A stretch of DNA of 64,000 bases from IMG/VR virus record IMGVR_UViG_3300021431_002946, positions 353,291-417,290 of that record, one strand, 5' to 3'. Source of the stretch: a virus (taxonomy: Duplodnaviria > Heunggongvirae > Uroviricota > Caudoviricetes). Every line of letters begins with the position of its first letter. The stretch's first letter is position 1. A program made the translations under genes and the position numbers. The notes under the pieces are model-generated. The model made no database searches. It was not told where the DNA came from and worked only from the letters and a program-made list of their open reading frames with translations. This document shows, in pieces, positions 1 to 9,758 of the stretch.

Positions 1-615
1 GATGATTCAATATTAACACAATATAATAAAACTCATCCTTATATGTATAAAAGAAAATTAACAGATGAGGTTATTAAAAAATTTAATATTGGATATGATC
101 CTGATTTTACAATAACTAAAAATGGAAAAATTTGGAAATTTGGTGAATGTATAACATTTCCAGTTAGAGATGAATCTGGACATTTGTTATTTATTGCTAG
201 ACGTGCTATAAATCAAAAATTATTCCATTATCCTGAAGGTGCTGAAAAACCTTTATATGGTTTATATGAAATTTATAGAGAAATGAAATCAGGAAAAAGA
301 ATTAATGAAGTATATATTTGTGAGAGTATGATTAATGCTCTTACTTTGTGGGGTTGGGGCAAATATGCAATTGCTTTAAATGGTACTGGAAATAAAGAAC
401 AAATTGAAGCATTAAAGAAAACTCCATTTAGACAAATCTTTTTAGCATTAGATCCTGACTCTGCAGGTAGAAATGGAACTAAAAAGATTAAGGCAGCTTT
501 AAGTTCACATAAATTTGTAAGTGAGTTAATTATACCTGAAGGTAAAGATATTAATGATCTTACTTATGAAGAATTTTGTAATTTGCCTATTAAAGACGAT
601 TCTTGGTTTATGTAA
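1..615 (+). CDS. dnaG: DNA primase, Toprim region (5'-partial, frame open from base 1)
   Basis: FPVRD..G...FIAR, YICESMINAL and ALDPDSAG..G plus GKDIND Toprim motifs; no stop between base 1 and the ATG at 43. Confidence 0.85.
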   Translation, partial: DDSILTQYNKTHPYMYKRKLTDEVIKKFNIGYDPDFTITKNGKIWKFGECITFPVRDESGHLLFIARRAINQKLFHYPEGAEKPLYGLYEIYREMKSGKRINEVYICESMINALTLWGWGKYAIALNGTGNKEQIEALKKTPFRQIFLALDPDSAGRNGTKKIKAALSSHKFVSELIIPEGKDINDLTYEEFCNLPIKDDSWFM

Positions 616-625
616 CTAAAACTAG

Positions 626-654
626 TTTACGATTTGATAAATTTGTTTTATAAT
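626..654 (+). promoter_or_regulatory. sigma70/sigmaA-type promoter
   Basis: TTTACG-17 nt-TATAAT directly after the primase stop. Confidence 0.7.
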
Positions 655-660
655 ATAACT

Positions 661-757
661 ATTATAAATTGTGCATAAATTATCCATGTACATTTATACT
701 GTTCTCCTTTATGAAGAGAGGGTAAGCGATTGAGATGCTTGCCCTCTTAAATTTTTT
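661..757 (+). ncRNA. candidate ~95-nt sRNA carrying an anti-Shine-Dalgarno tract
   Basis: lies between the promoter at 626-654 and the terminator at 717-757; no convincing + strand CDS; contains GTTCTCCTTT. Confidence 0.45.
717..757 (+). terminator. intrinsic terminator
   Basis: stem AGAGGGTAAGC/GCTTGCCCTCT (one G:U) followed by TAAATTTTTT. Confidence 0.75.
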
Positions 758-769
758 ATATAAAATATA

Positions 770-798
770 TTTACATTAAACAATGCTTGTGATATAAT
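770..798 (+). promoter_or_regulatory. sigma70-type promoter with extended -10
   Basis: TTTACA-17-TATAAT with TGn. Confidence 0.8.
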
Positions 799-829
799 TA
801 TAAAAAATAAAAATAAAGGAGACTACAAT

Positions 830-1759
830 ATGTCACTTAATTTTCTTGATTCAAATAAGCTCAAGACTGGTTTTGGTAATGAGATTGTTAATGCAACTTC
901 ATATGAAGATGCACTTAATCAGTCAGGTCTTAATTGGACAGTTTCAATGAGAGATGCTTATGCTGATTTTGATGGAAAAAAGATTTTGATTCCTGGTCAA
1001 AAAGTTGTTGTAAGAGATGTTGATCAGACTCCGCTTGGTATAGTTTCAGATAAATACAAACCTGTAGACAATGTTGATGCATTGATGATTATGGACTCTA
1101 TTATTGATACTGGAGAGGTTGTACCTCTTCGTGGCGGTTCATATGGTAATGGTAAAAAGGTTTGGATTGAAACTAGAATTAATAAAGATTTTAATGTTTT
1201 TGGTGATGATCTTGATTGTTATTTGATTTTTATGAATTCTCATGATGGTTCAGGTTCAATTAAGTGTATGATAGTTCCTGAAAGAAGAGCTTGCTTAAAT
1301 GTAATGAATTTTCCTTTGAGAGGTCAGGCAAGATATTGGAGATGTATTCATACAGGTAATCCTAAAGAAAGAATTGAAGAAGCAAAGCAGATTTTACTTG
1401 CTGGTTCAAAATATATGGATCAGTTGACTAGATCAATTGAAATGCTTAGTAAGATTAAAATTCCTTATGAAAAGGTTAATGATATAATTGCTTTACTGTT
1501 TCCTATAGATTCTGATATGTCAGTAACTCAAGTTGAAAATACTACTAGAAGAAGAAATCAGTTGCTTGAAGTATTCATTAATAAAGAAGACCTTGCAGAT
1601 TTTGATAGTAATGGATATAAGTTTATGTCTGCAGTAGCAGATTATGCAGATCATAGTAATGGTAAGAAAACAAAAAATGCAGCAATCAATAGATGGATGA
1701 TGACAACACATGGACATCCTCTTGTTGATAGAGCATTTAATATAATTATTAGCCTTTAA
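830..1759 (+). CDS. DUF932-like phage/plasmid protein
   Basis: GLNWTV, LGIVSDKY, GKKVW, YLIFMNSHDGSGS..C..C motif pattern; RBS AAGGAG. Confidence 0.75.
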   Translation: MSLNFLDSNKLKTGFGNEIVNATSYEDALNQSGLNWTVSMRDAYADFDGKKILIPGQKVVVRDVDQTPLGIVSDKYKPVDNVDALMIMDSIIDTGEVVPLRGGSYGNGKKVWIETRINKDFNVFGDDLDCYLIFMNSHDGSGSIKCMIVPERRACLNVMNFPLRGQARYWRCIHTGNPKERIEEAKQILLAGSKYMDQLTRSIEMLSKIKIPYEKVNDIIALLFPIDSDMSVTQVENTTRRRNQLLEVFINKEDLADFDSNGYKFMSAVADYADHSNGKKTKNAAINRWMMTTHGHPLVDRAFNIIISL

Positions 1760-1777
1760 AAGGCTATTTAATTATAT
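1759..1777 (+). promoter_or_regulatory. class-2 (phage-specific) motif, copy 1
   Basis: AAAGGCTATTTAATTATAT, identical to the copy at 25277; intergenic. Confidence 0.6.
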
Positions 1778-1801
1778 ATTGCTTCTTAAGGAGATGACTA
1801 A

Positions 1802-2278
1802 ATGGGAGAAAAATATTCAGGTTCTGATTTACTTGATACAGTAAAAAAAGAAGCTAAAAAGTATATACATAACTTATATAAACCTAGTCGAATTGTAGGT
1901 GGAATTTTTATGTATCTTAATGGTATTGTTACAATAATATTAGTAAAAATATTTATAAATGCATTTAATTCAAATAATATTGGAGATTGTATAATTCTTA
2001 TATTTATTGGTTCAATATCTATAGCACTTTTTAGAATGGGACATAATTTATTTCAAGCAGGTTATAGAATAATTGGAGATATAGATAATAATAATTTCTA
2101 TTATTATGATACTTGTATTTTAGATAAGATTAATGATATAAAAGTATTATCTAAAATTGGTAAAGAAAAGAAAGAATTGATTGTAAGACCTGCAGAATAT
2201 GATAATTTGAATGTAAATGATAAAGTTTTTATATTTTACATTGGAAAAGATTTAAAACAGTTTATTATTAAACAGTAA
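1802..2278 (+). CDS. hypothetical membrane protein (2 TM)
   Basis: two hydrophobic segments, RBS AAGGAG. Confidence 0.7.
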   Translation: MGEKYSGSDLLDTVKKEAKKYIHNLYKPSRIVGGIFMYLNGIVTIILVKIFINAFNSNNIGDCIILIFIGSISIALFRMGHNLFQAGYRIIGDIDNNNFYYYDTCILDKINDIKVLSKIGKEKKELIVRPAEYDNLNVNDKVFIFYIGKDLKQFIIKQ

Positions 2279-2292
2279 TGGAGGTAAATTAA

Positions 2293-2490
2293 ATGAATAT
2301 TTCGGATAAGGATGCAATTTGTTATTTAAGCGCATTGAAAGATCAGATTCGTGGTAAGTATAAGAATGATGAACAGATTATTGCTTCAATTGATAAGGCA
2401 ATAAATAAAATCAAGGAAGATATGGCACCAGAATTTGATGATACGCCTGTTGATTTTGGAAATTCTGATAACGGATTTATTGATTTTTAA
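2293..2490 (+). CDS. hypothetical protein; IS inserted at its 3' end
   Basis: RBS GGAGG, ORF track. Confidence 0.65.
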   Translation: MNISDKDAICYLSALKDQIRGKYKNDEQIIASIDKAINKIKEDMAPEFDDTPVDFGNSDNGFIDF

Positions 2491-2611
2491 TGTAACGGAC
2501 GGGAATTCTCGGTAACTTGTTTCCGAGATGAAAGTCCGTAAATGAACTATATGTATTGCTAAAACTCCACTAATTATTGATACCATAGGATAAATCTGTT
2601 ATACTATCTGT

Positions 2612-3025
2612 ATGAAACAGAAATATATACACGGAAGAACTTGCGTCTATAACATAAATTATCATATTATTTGGTGTGTCAAGTATCGTAGAAAGATACT
2701 CACGCAACAGATTAGTGATAGATTATATGAACTTCTCAAATCTATTGGTGATGAGAAAGGCTTTGAAGTTGTAAGGTGTCAGGTTGGTGAGAATGACCAC
2801 ATTCATTGTTTTGTGTCTGCTCCACCGAAGATTTCAGTAACCCAAATCGTTAAATACCTTAAAGGTATTAGTGGTAATACTCTTCTCAAAGAATTTCCTG
2901 AAATTAGACATTATTTATGGAAAGGTCATCTGTGGAGCGGTTCTTACTTCTGTGAGACTATTGGGTCAACTTCTGAAGAAAATATACTGAAATACATAGA
3001 AAGGCAAAAGACCTGTCAGATATGA
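2612..3025 (+). CDS. tnpA: IS200-type Y1 (HUH) transposase
   Basis: YHIIWCVKYRR, DHIH (HUH), KYLKG.S, W.GSYFCETIG and catalytic YIERQ. Confidence 0.95.
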   Translation: MKQKYIHGRTCVYNINYHIIWCVKYRRKILTQQISDRLYELLKSIGDEKGFEVVRCQVGENDHIHCFVSAPPKISVTQIVKYLKGISGNTLLKEFPEIRHYLWKGHLWSGSYFCETIGSTSEENILKYIERQKTCQI

Positions 3026-4152
3026 ACAAGGCAATTAAGTACAGATTATATCCTACCTCTGAACAAGAGGTTATGTTTGCCAAGACATTTGGCTGTTGCC
3101 GAAAGGTCTATAATCTGATGCTTGGAGATAAGATTGCGTCTTATCGAAGTAACAAAACTTTTGGTAAGCAGACACCTGCTATGTATAAGACTGAATATCC
3201 GTTTCTTAAAGAAGTAGATAGTCTTGCCCTTGCTAATGTCCAGTTAAACATGCAAGGTGCTATGAGAAGCTGTTTTGACAAAAATCGTAAGAAGAAAAAT
3301 GGTTTTCCTAAATTCAAGTCTGCAAAGCATAGTCGCAAATCTTATACCACCAATAATCAAAATGGTACTGTTGCAATAATCGACAATAGGTATATTAAAC
3401 TTCCTAAAATCGGCGAAGTCAAAGCAGTAATTCACAAAGATCCGGAACTTGATTGGGTAATTAAGTCTGCTACTATATCACAGGATAGCGATGGAAAGTT
3501 TTATGTCTCTGTTCTGTTTGAATTTGACAAAGTAATTGAGCAAATTCCTGTATCAGATAATGTGATTGGTTTAGACTATGCTTCAGATGGATTATATGTT
3601 GATGATAAAGGAAATGTAGGTTCTAACCATAAATTCTATAGAGAAAGTCACAAGAAACTTGCGAAAGAGCAGAGAAGGTTATCCAGAAAAGTAGGTTCTA
3701 AAAAGAACTCTGTGAAATCTAACAACTACTTAAAGCAACTTCGCAAGGTAAATAAGATACATAAACATATCGCAAATCAGCGTTTAGACAATCTCCACAA
3801 GAAGTCTACTGCGATAGCCAAGCAGTATGATGTTGTTTGTGTTGAAAGTCTGAATATGCAGTCTATGTCAAATAGAGGTTTTGGTAACGGAAAAGCCACT
3901 ATAGACAATGGTTATGGTATGTTCCTCAATATGCTTGAATACAAACTGACAGAAAGAGGAAAATACTTTGTCAAAGTCGATAAATGGTTTCCGAGTAGTC
4001 AACTATGCCATTGTTGTGGAACAATCCATAAAGAGATGAAAAATTTGACTATCCGAACTTTGCGATGCAATTGCGGTATGACAATCAGTCGTGACCAAAA
4101 TGCGGCTATCAACATCAGAAATGAGGGATTGCGAATACTGAATTCTGCATAA
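3022..4152 (+). CDS. tnpB: TnpB RNA-guided endonuclease
   Basis: KYRLYPT..Q HTH, RuvC GLDY / VESL / RDQNAAINI, Cys zinc finger. Confidence 0.95.
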   Translation: MNKAIKYRLYPTSEQEVMFAKTFGCCRKVYNLMLGDKIASYRSNKTFGKQTPAMYKTEYPFLKEVDSLALANVQLNMQGAMRSCFDKNRKKKNGFPKFKSAKHSRKSYTTNNQNGTVAIIDNRYIKLPKIGEVKAVIHKDPELDWVIKSATISQDSDGKFYVSVLFEFDKVIEQIPVSDNVIGLDYASDGLYVDDKGNVGSNHKFYRESHKKLAKEQRRLSRKVGSKKNSVKSNNYLKQLRKVNKIHKHIANQRLDNLHKKSTAIAKQYDVVCVESLNMQSMSNRGFGNGKATIDNGYGMFLNMLEYKLTERGKYFVKVDKWFPSSQLCHCCGTIHKEMKNLTIRTLRCNCGMTISRDQNAAINIRNEGLRILNSA

Positions 4153-4313
4153 CCTTTTATATTTACGGTAGGGTTGGAGCGACCCAAACCTAACGCCTGT
4201 GGACATTGTGTAAGACACAGATTATAGACTTCTATGATAGGTGCAGTAGTGGTTGAAGCAGGAAGCACGACAACTTGTTGACGTGTAGTTCACTAGACAT
4301 TAATATACTTTTT
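4153..4313 (+). ncRNA. putative omegaRNA of TnpB (scaffold to 4293, guide from flank); 5' end unknown
   Basis: structured GC-richer right-end region; by TnpB precedent the guide is the flank after TCAC (TAGACATTAATATAC...). Confidence 0.55.
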
Positions 4314-4330
4314 ATAATTAGGAGGTTTAT

Positions 4331-5152
4331 ATGAGTAAACCTATTTTAAACTGCGATGGATTAGATAAAACTAACGTCGCAGAATATAATTTAGCAATAA
4401 ATATTAAAAATTATTTAGTTGCTGGAAATAGAGTTATTGGAGATCCTGGTGAAGGATTAAAACAAACTTTAGCTGCATTAGAATTAAAAAGAGATAGTAG
4501 AGTATTTGGAGTAACTGATTGGAAAACAAAAGATCCTGAACTTGAGGATCAAATTGCAAAGACTAAAGCAGGAATTAAGGGAGAAGAAGATCTTTGTGAG
4601 TATTTAGCAACTTTAATCAAATATGATGATAAGTTAGATGGATTGGTTGCTTTTGCTTCTCTTGCTTATAATTTCGGTGAAGAAAATAATTTAGATTATA
4701 TTCCAGATACTGATACTTTGTTAGTTTATGGTAGTCATATTTTAGTAGTTGATGCTAAAAATCTTAAAACTAAACCTGGAAATCCTCTTATGTTAGTAGA
4801 AAATTCAGTTGTAGACGCAGAAAAAATGAAAGAATTAATTACTGTACATCCATCTACTCATATTTGGGAAAAGGTAATGGCTGATGCAGGCATTCCATTG
4901 TTATCAATTGATGGTTATGTTTGTATTGTAAATGATCTTGAAACTGAGATTATTAGAGATCAAAGTTGGTATGAGTCTAATACTAAACTTATTCATATTT
5001 CAGAATTAAAAGATATTCTTGAAGAATGGGTAGAAGGTAAAGAAAATAAACTATCTTTGAAGATGCTTACTGAGATAGGAAAGGCTCAAATCAAGAAAGA
5101 AAAAGAAAGTACAATTGATACAGATAAAATTAAAAGACAATTTAATATCTAG
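4331..5152 (+). CDS. NERD-like PD-(D/E)xK nuclease-domain protein
   Basis: AGIKGEEDL...DTDTLLVYGSHILVVDAKN motif spacing. Confidence 0.6.
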   Translation: MSKPILNCDGLDKTNVAEYNLAINIKNYLVAGNRVIGDPGEGLKQTLAALELKRDSRVFGVTDWKTKDPELEDQIAKTKAGIKGEEDLCEYLATLIKYDDKLDGLVAFASLAYNFGEENNLDYIPDTDTLLVYGSHILVVDAKNLKTKPGNPLMLVENSVVDAEKMKELITVHPSTHIWEKVMADAGIPLLSIDGYVCIVNDLETEIIRDQSWYESNTKLIHISELKDILEEWVEGKENKLSLKMLTEIGKAQIKKEKESTIDTDKIKRQFNI

Positions 5153-5181
5153 TTTACTTTTGTATTATTTTATATTATAAA
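5153..5181 (+). promoter_or_regulatory. sigma70-type promoter of the RNAP operon
   Basis: TTTACT-17-TATAAA. Confidence 0.6.
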
Positions 5182-5214
5182 TAAATATTAAACTATGAAA
5201 GGAGTACTATTGCT

Positions 5215-5808
5215 ATGGCAAGTACTATGAGAGCTAATGTAACTGATGAGTTTGAGAAGATTAAGATAACAAAGGCGTCAACCAATAAGGTTGCATGTAA
5301 CCTTTATTATGATTCATTTGGTATTGAGAAGGTAAGAATTCAGAATTTCAATTATGACCAGAAGGTTGGCATTGATAGTTATATCGATTTTGAAGATGTA
5401 ATTAGAATTGCTGCAGATTGTATGTCTGGTAAGATTATTAAGGATATTGAAAAGGCTGGAGCTGAGAATAAGCAGTATAGCCTTGGATATAAGGGTTCAA
5501 AGTCTTCACCTAATTATGATGGTAAGCCAGAATCTAGACAGATTACTTTTGGTTTGAGCGGTGATAAGATTTTTATTAATATGACAAGATGTGAAGGTGT
5601 AGTTGACCCTGAAAACAAGACAATTAAACCTAATCCTTCTAGAGATAAGTCCAAGGATTTGAAGCTTTCTGTAGGTGTAACAATTGATAAGTTTAGAGCA
5701 ATGTTTTTGACTGCAAATGCTTGGATTAATGCGTATCTCTCTAGAGAAGTACCTGCACTTTATGATGAAGCTAATGCAAAAAGAAAGGAAGCAGGTAAGA
5801 CAACCTAA
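5215..5808 (+). CDS. hypothetical protein, first gene of the RNAP operon
   Basis: RBS AAAGGAG, 197 aa, codon usage like the RNAP genes. Confidence 0.75.
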   Translation: MASTMRANVTDEFEKIKITKASTNKVACNLYYDSFGIEKVRIQNFNYDQKVGIDSYIDFEDVIRIAADCMSGKIIKDIEKAGAENKQYSLGYKGSKSSPNYDGKPESRQITFGLSGDKIFINMTRCEGVVDPENKTIKPNPSRDKSKDLKLSVGVTIDKFRAMFLTANAWINAYLSREVPALYDEANAKRKEAGKTT

Positions 5809-5838
5809 CACAATTCCACACACATTGGAGGTACCAAA

Positions 5839-8073
5839 ATGACAATTCCGGAATTATTTGAAAACGAATTGAAATTTTGGATAGAAGCAAACGAAAAATT
5901 CCTGGGTGTCACCCCTATTGATGACACCTGGGATTATGCTATTATCCAAGAATCTATCAATCAATCATGTGATAAGTTTTGGAACACTGATAAGCCATGT
6001 AAGTTGGCAGTAAATTTAAATAAAGGTCTTTTAAATAGAGACGCTCCAAAACAAACAAAAAATTCATACAGACTTGAACTTAATTTTAAAAACATGTGTA
6101 TCGACATCTTTGGAGATTATGGTGCACTTGGTGAAAAGAAAATTGGTGCAATGCCTACTCCTTGTCGAGATCTCTGTTGGATAATTAATCATACACATTA
6201 TGTAACAAGAGTTGCAGCAACTAAAGATTTATTTGGTTGTGTAGGTAAGGTTAATTATGATACAATTAATGGTGAAGGTTGGAAATATACAATCTCTACA
6301 GATACATTTGAATGTGTTATTACAAAAGATGAATTCCAATTTGAACCTACTTTAGATGAAATTTTTGATAATCATCTTTCAAGACGTTCAAGATATTTGT
6401 TAGAGGCAGTACTTAAAGAACCTTTAACTAAAGACAATTTTATTTCTGGTTTGAAGAAGCTTCCTATCTTTGATAAAGCTTCTGTTTTTAATTATAAGTT
6501 CACTAGAATGGAATATTTTGAGAGTATTGTTCTTAACTCAAAGAAGTTTGCTCAACCTACTAAGAATATTCTTCTTGGTGTTAATATGATTATCTCTTCT
6601 AAGTCTAAACAGTATACAGCTACCGGTGAAAAGATTGATGGCTGTCTTGTTCGTTCTGAATCAAAGATTTTTGCTCTTGAAAACTTCAGAACTTGCGCTA
6701 ACTTCTTCAATGTTGAAGATCCTAAAGCATCTGTAAATAATGTTCACTCAAAGTTTACATATAATGATGCAAATGGTTTCTTTGACTCATTTAAGACAGT
6801 TACATCTAAGTCTGCAGGTCGTCAGAGATTATTGCTTGATAACATTGTTACAAAGCATGGACTTCTCTGGGTTGTAGATGAAAATGGTGAAATGCATAAT
6901 ATGTATGAGTACATAGATATGCCTCAGAATGAGAGACTTTCATGTTTATCAAAAGCTCCTTTCTGTAATAATGATAAACCTAAGAGAATCATGATGAATG
7001 CTAAGATGACATCTCAAGCTGTTCCTCTTAAAGATGAAATTGATGATCTTACTCATAGAATCCAAGCTAGAGTTGGATTTACAGATATTGAAGGTTATAC
7101 AGCGGCTGACTCAATCATTATTTCTGAGTCATTTGCTAAGAAGCTTAGAACATATGATCAAGAAATCTTATATGTAGATAAGAGTTCAAATCTTTATAAG
7201 AATATTACAAATGCAGACAAATTTGATCTTGAAATTCTCAAGCAGATTTTTCCTAAAAAGAATGATGCAATTCTTCTTTCATTTGAGAATGTAAAGATTG
7301 ACCATATTGATCATGTAGATAATTACAGAGCTAGAATCTTCATTACTTGGGAGATTCCATTCAGACTTGGTGATAAGATTACAAATCTTCATGGTGCTAA
7401 GGGTACAGTTGGTTTGATCTTACCTGATGATAAGATGCCTCGCCTTACTAAGAAGGTTGGTAATATGAAAGCTGGACCTCTTGAAATTATTATTTCAGGC
7501 TATTCAGCTATGAGACGTGGATCTCTTGGCCAGATTTTTGAAGCTTGGTCATTAGCTTCTGGCTATACAGATGTTGATTTTGCTGCAGACGCTATTGAAA
7601 AGCACGGTAAAGCAATGGAAACATATAGTAATAACTCAATCGTTGAATATAATGGTGAACAGAGTATTATTCCTGTAGGCTATAACTATATTATGAGACT
7701 TTACCACCATGCATCAACTAAGGTTTCTTGTTCTTCTGCTGATTTTGCATATAAGAGAACACTTAGATTTGGTGAGATGGAAAAGCTTAATCTTGTAGCT
7801 AATGATTGTCCTGCAATTCTTACTGAGCTTGGTATTAGATCAGTTACTAAGTATATTGGTTCTCATAAGCTTATTAATGAAATTGAAACAACAAGAGAGC
7901 TTCCTAAGAATGCACATATGTCACTTCAGTTTATTGAAATCCTTAAGTCTATGGGATATAAGTTGAGTGTTGCTAGAGTATCAGATAACTATAGTAATAC
8001 TGATGAAGTAGATGATGAAAACTATAATATGATGATTAAAAAGGAGATTAACAAAAATGAAGATAACAATTGA
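5839..8073 (+). CDS. rpoB: multisubunit RNA polymerase beta-like subunit (miniaturised)
   Basis: MNAKMTSQAVPL, ADSIIISESF, GDKITNLHGAKGTVG (cf. GDK...RHGNKGV), IIISGYSAMRRGSLGQIFE, LRFGEME. Confidence 0.9.
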   Translation: MTIPELFENELKFWIEANEKFLGVTPIDDTWDYAIIQESINQSCDKFWNTDKPCKLAVNLNKGLLNRDAPKQTKNSYRLELNFKNMCIDIFGDYGALGEKKIGAMPTPCRDLCWIINHTHYVTRVAATKDLFGCVGKVNYDTINGEGWKYTISTDTFECVITKDEFQFEPTLDEIFDNHLSRRSRYLLEAVLKEPLTKDNFISGLKKLPIFDKASVFNYKFTRMEYFESIVLNSKKFAQPTKNILLGVNMIISSKSKQYTATGEKIDGCLVRSESKIFALENFRTCANFFNVEDPKASVNNVHSKFTYNDANGFFDSFKTVTSKSAGRQRLLLDNIVTKHGLLWVVDENGEMHNMYEYIDMPQNERLSCLSKAPFCNNDKPKRIMMNAKMTSQAVPLKDEIDDLTHRIQARVGFTDIEGYTAADSIIISESFAKKLRTYDQEILYVDKSSNLYKNITNADKFDLEILKQIFPKKNDAILLSFENVKIDHIDHVDNYRARIFITWEIPFRLGDKITNLHGAKGTVGLILPDDKMPRLTKKVGNMKAGPLEIIISGYSAMRRGSLGQIFEAWSLASGYTDVDFAADAIEKHGKAMETYSNNSIVEYNGEQSIIPVGYNYIMRLYHHASTKVSCSSADFAYKRTLRFGEMEKLNLVANDCPAILTELGIRSVTKYIGSHKLINEIETTRELPKNAHMSLQFIEILKSMGYKLSVARVSDNYSNTDEVDDENYNMMIKKEINKNEDNN

Positions 8074-9325
8074 GCCTATCAACATTATTGAAGATCCTGC
8101 TAATCAGGTAACATCAGATAAAATCTTTCCAAAGAGAAAGATTAAGGATAAAGATGGTAATTATCTTTTTCATGAGGAAGGTATTTTCTCAGAAAAGATT
8201 TTTGGTAAGTTTGGTCACTGCAAGTGTGGTAAGTTAAAGAAACCTGGCTATTGCGAAAGTTGTAAGTGCAGAGTTCTCAATAAGAGAAAGATGCCTGACT
8301 TCTTTATTAAGTTTGGTTTTGATCTTCCTAATAGAGTTATTAAATACGGAAAGTATAATAAGACTCTTCTTAATAATTTACTTTATTACAGAGGATTTAT
8401 GTATGAAGGTAAGTATATAGAATTTGATCTTAAAGCAGATCTTTCTGTATATGATACTAAAAAGATACTTTTTGGTAAAGACGCAATTCTTTCACTTGGA
8501 ATTCCTGAAGAGTGGTATAATAGTGCAACTCACAGATTAATTTCTATTCCTCATACTTCATTCAGAAAGATTACTTTCCAGAATGGTGAACATTATCTTG
8601 GTCCTCTCAATACTACTTATATTGATATGATCAAGCAAAATCTCTTATATGAAGATCTTAAAGAACTTTCTAAGCTTGATATTAAAAATGAGCTGAATAT
8701 CAGATATAAGATTTGTAAGAGTCTCGAAGAACTTTATAAGCAGCTTTTCCAGATTCTTGCTAAGAATAAGAGAAATGTTATTGATAATGAGCTTCGTGGT
8801 CAGCCTGAAACAGGTATGATTCGTGCAGTTATGACAAATAACTTCAGTCTTGACGAAGATACTGTACTTATTGGTAGTTACTTTATTGAGACACTTTATC
8901 CTAAGATCTTTAGAGAAAATCTTATTGATAGCGAAGGTAATCCTGTCAATTTAGATGATTGTCCTATTGATTATAAGCCAAATATTGCTGAAATTAATAA
9001 GATACTTAAAAAAGAAGATTATGTAGTTTTGTTTAACAGACAACCTACGATTGGAGCTAAGTCAATTATCGCAATGAGACCTGTCTTTTCTGAAAAAGAT
9101 TCAGAGAAGTTCGTTATTCAGGCAAATCCTATTGTATATGATGGACTTGCTGCCGATGTTGATGGTGACTCTTTGAATGTAATTGCACTTTATTCTAAGG
9201 AAGCTTGTGAAGAAGCAAAGAAACTATTCCCTTCAGTAAACTATCTTGAAGGTTCTAATGGTTCTATTAGAAATGGTATTCTTGAAGAGTTTAGATACGT
9301 TGAAACTAAGACTGGAGAAGAATAA
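8057..9325 (+). CDS. rpoC: RNA polymerase beta'-like subunit, N-terminal half (catalytic DxDGD)
   Basis: EGIFSEKIFG..CKCG...CESC zinc site, LFNRQPT, ANPIVYDGLAADVDGDSLNV. Confidence 0.92.
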   Translation: MKITIEPINIIEDPANQVTSDKIFPKRKIKDKDGNYLFHEEGIFSEKIFGKFGHCKCGKLKKPGYCESCKCRVLNKRKMPDFFIKFGFDLPNRVIKYGKYNKTLLNNLLYYRGFMYEGKYIEFDLKADLSVYDTKKILFGKDAILSLGIPEEWYNSATHRLISIPHTSFRKITFQNGEHYLGPLNTTYIDMIKQNLLYEDLKELSKLDIKNELNIRYKICKSLEELYKQLFQILAKNKRNVIDNELRGQPETGMIRAVMTNNFSLDEDTVLIGSYFIETLYPKIFRENLIDSEGNPVNLDDCPIDYKPNIAEINKILKKEDYVVLFNRQPTIGAKSIIAMRPVFSEKDSEKFVIQANPIVYDGLAADVDGDSLNVIALYSKEACEEAKKLFPSVNYLEGSNGSIRNGILEEFRYVETKTGEE

Positions 9326-9744
9326 TGGTTGAAGCAAAAGAAAAGAAGAAGACAACTTCTGGTAAAAAATCTAATAACAAATCAACTTATATTATCTTTG
9401 GTATTTTAGTTGTTATTCTTATAGTATTTACTATTATACTTCTTAAACCAAAGACAGTTAAATATGCTGCTAACTTTGGAGAAAATATTACAACAACTAT
9501 TGAACTTAATGCTGAAAAAATTAACATGAATGTAAAAGTTGGTAGTACAGAAGTTAAGCAATCAGGTAAGCTGGTTGAGTTACAAAAAGGTAAAGATGAT
9601 GCAGGTAAATGGGTAATTTATGAAGCAACATTAGATCCTAAGACTGAAAAAGATAAGCCTGAAGTAGTACAAATTAAAGTATATGATAAATCTTTAATTT
9701 TAGCATATGATTCAGGAGAAACAGTTACATACTACGCAAAATAA
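9325..9744 (+). CDS. single-TM membrane-anchored protein between the beta' halves
   Basis: basic N-terminus, IIFGILVVILIVFTIILL, beta-rich C-terminus. Confidence 0.7.
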   Translation: MVEAKEKKKTTSGKKSNNKSTYIIFGILVVILIVFTIILLKPKTVKYAANFGENITTTIELNAEKINMNVKVGSTEVKQSGKLVELQKGKDDAGKWVIYEATLDPKTEKDKPEVVQIKVYDKSLILAYDSGETVTYYAK

Positions 9745-9758
9745 GAGGTATACAAACT

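Larger units (their letters stand above)
2485..4293 (+). mobile_element. IS200/IS605-family element (tnpA + tnpB); left end 2485-2491 uncertain
   Basis: LE hairpin TCTCGG-taacttgttt-CCGAGA; RE guide GAAG, hairpin CACGACAAC-tt-GTTGACGTG and terminal TCAC at 4290-4293; higher GC than flanks. Confidence 0.9.
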
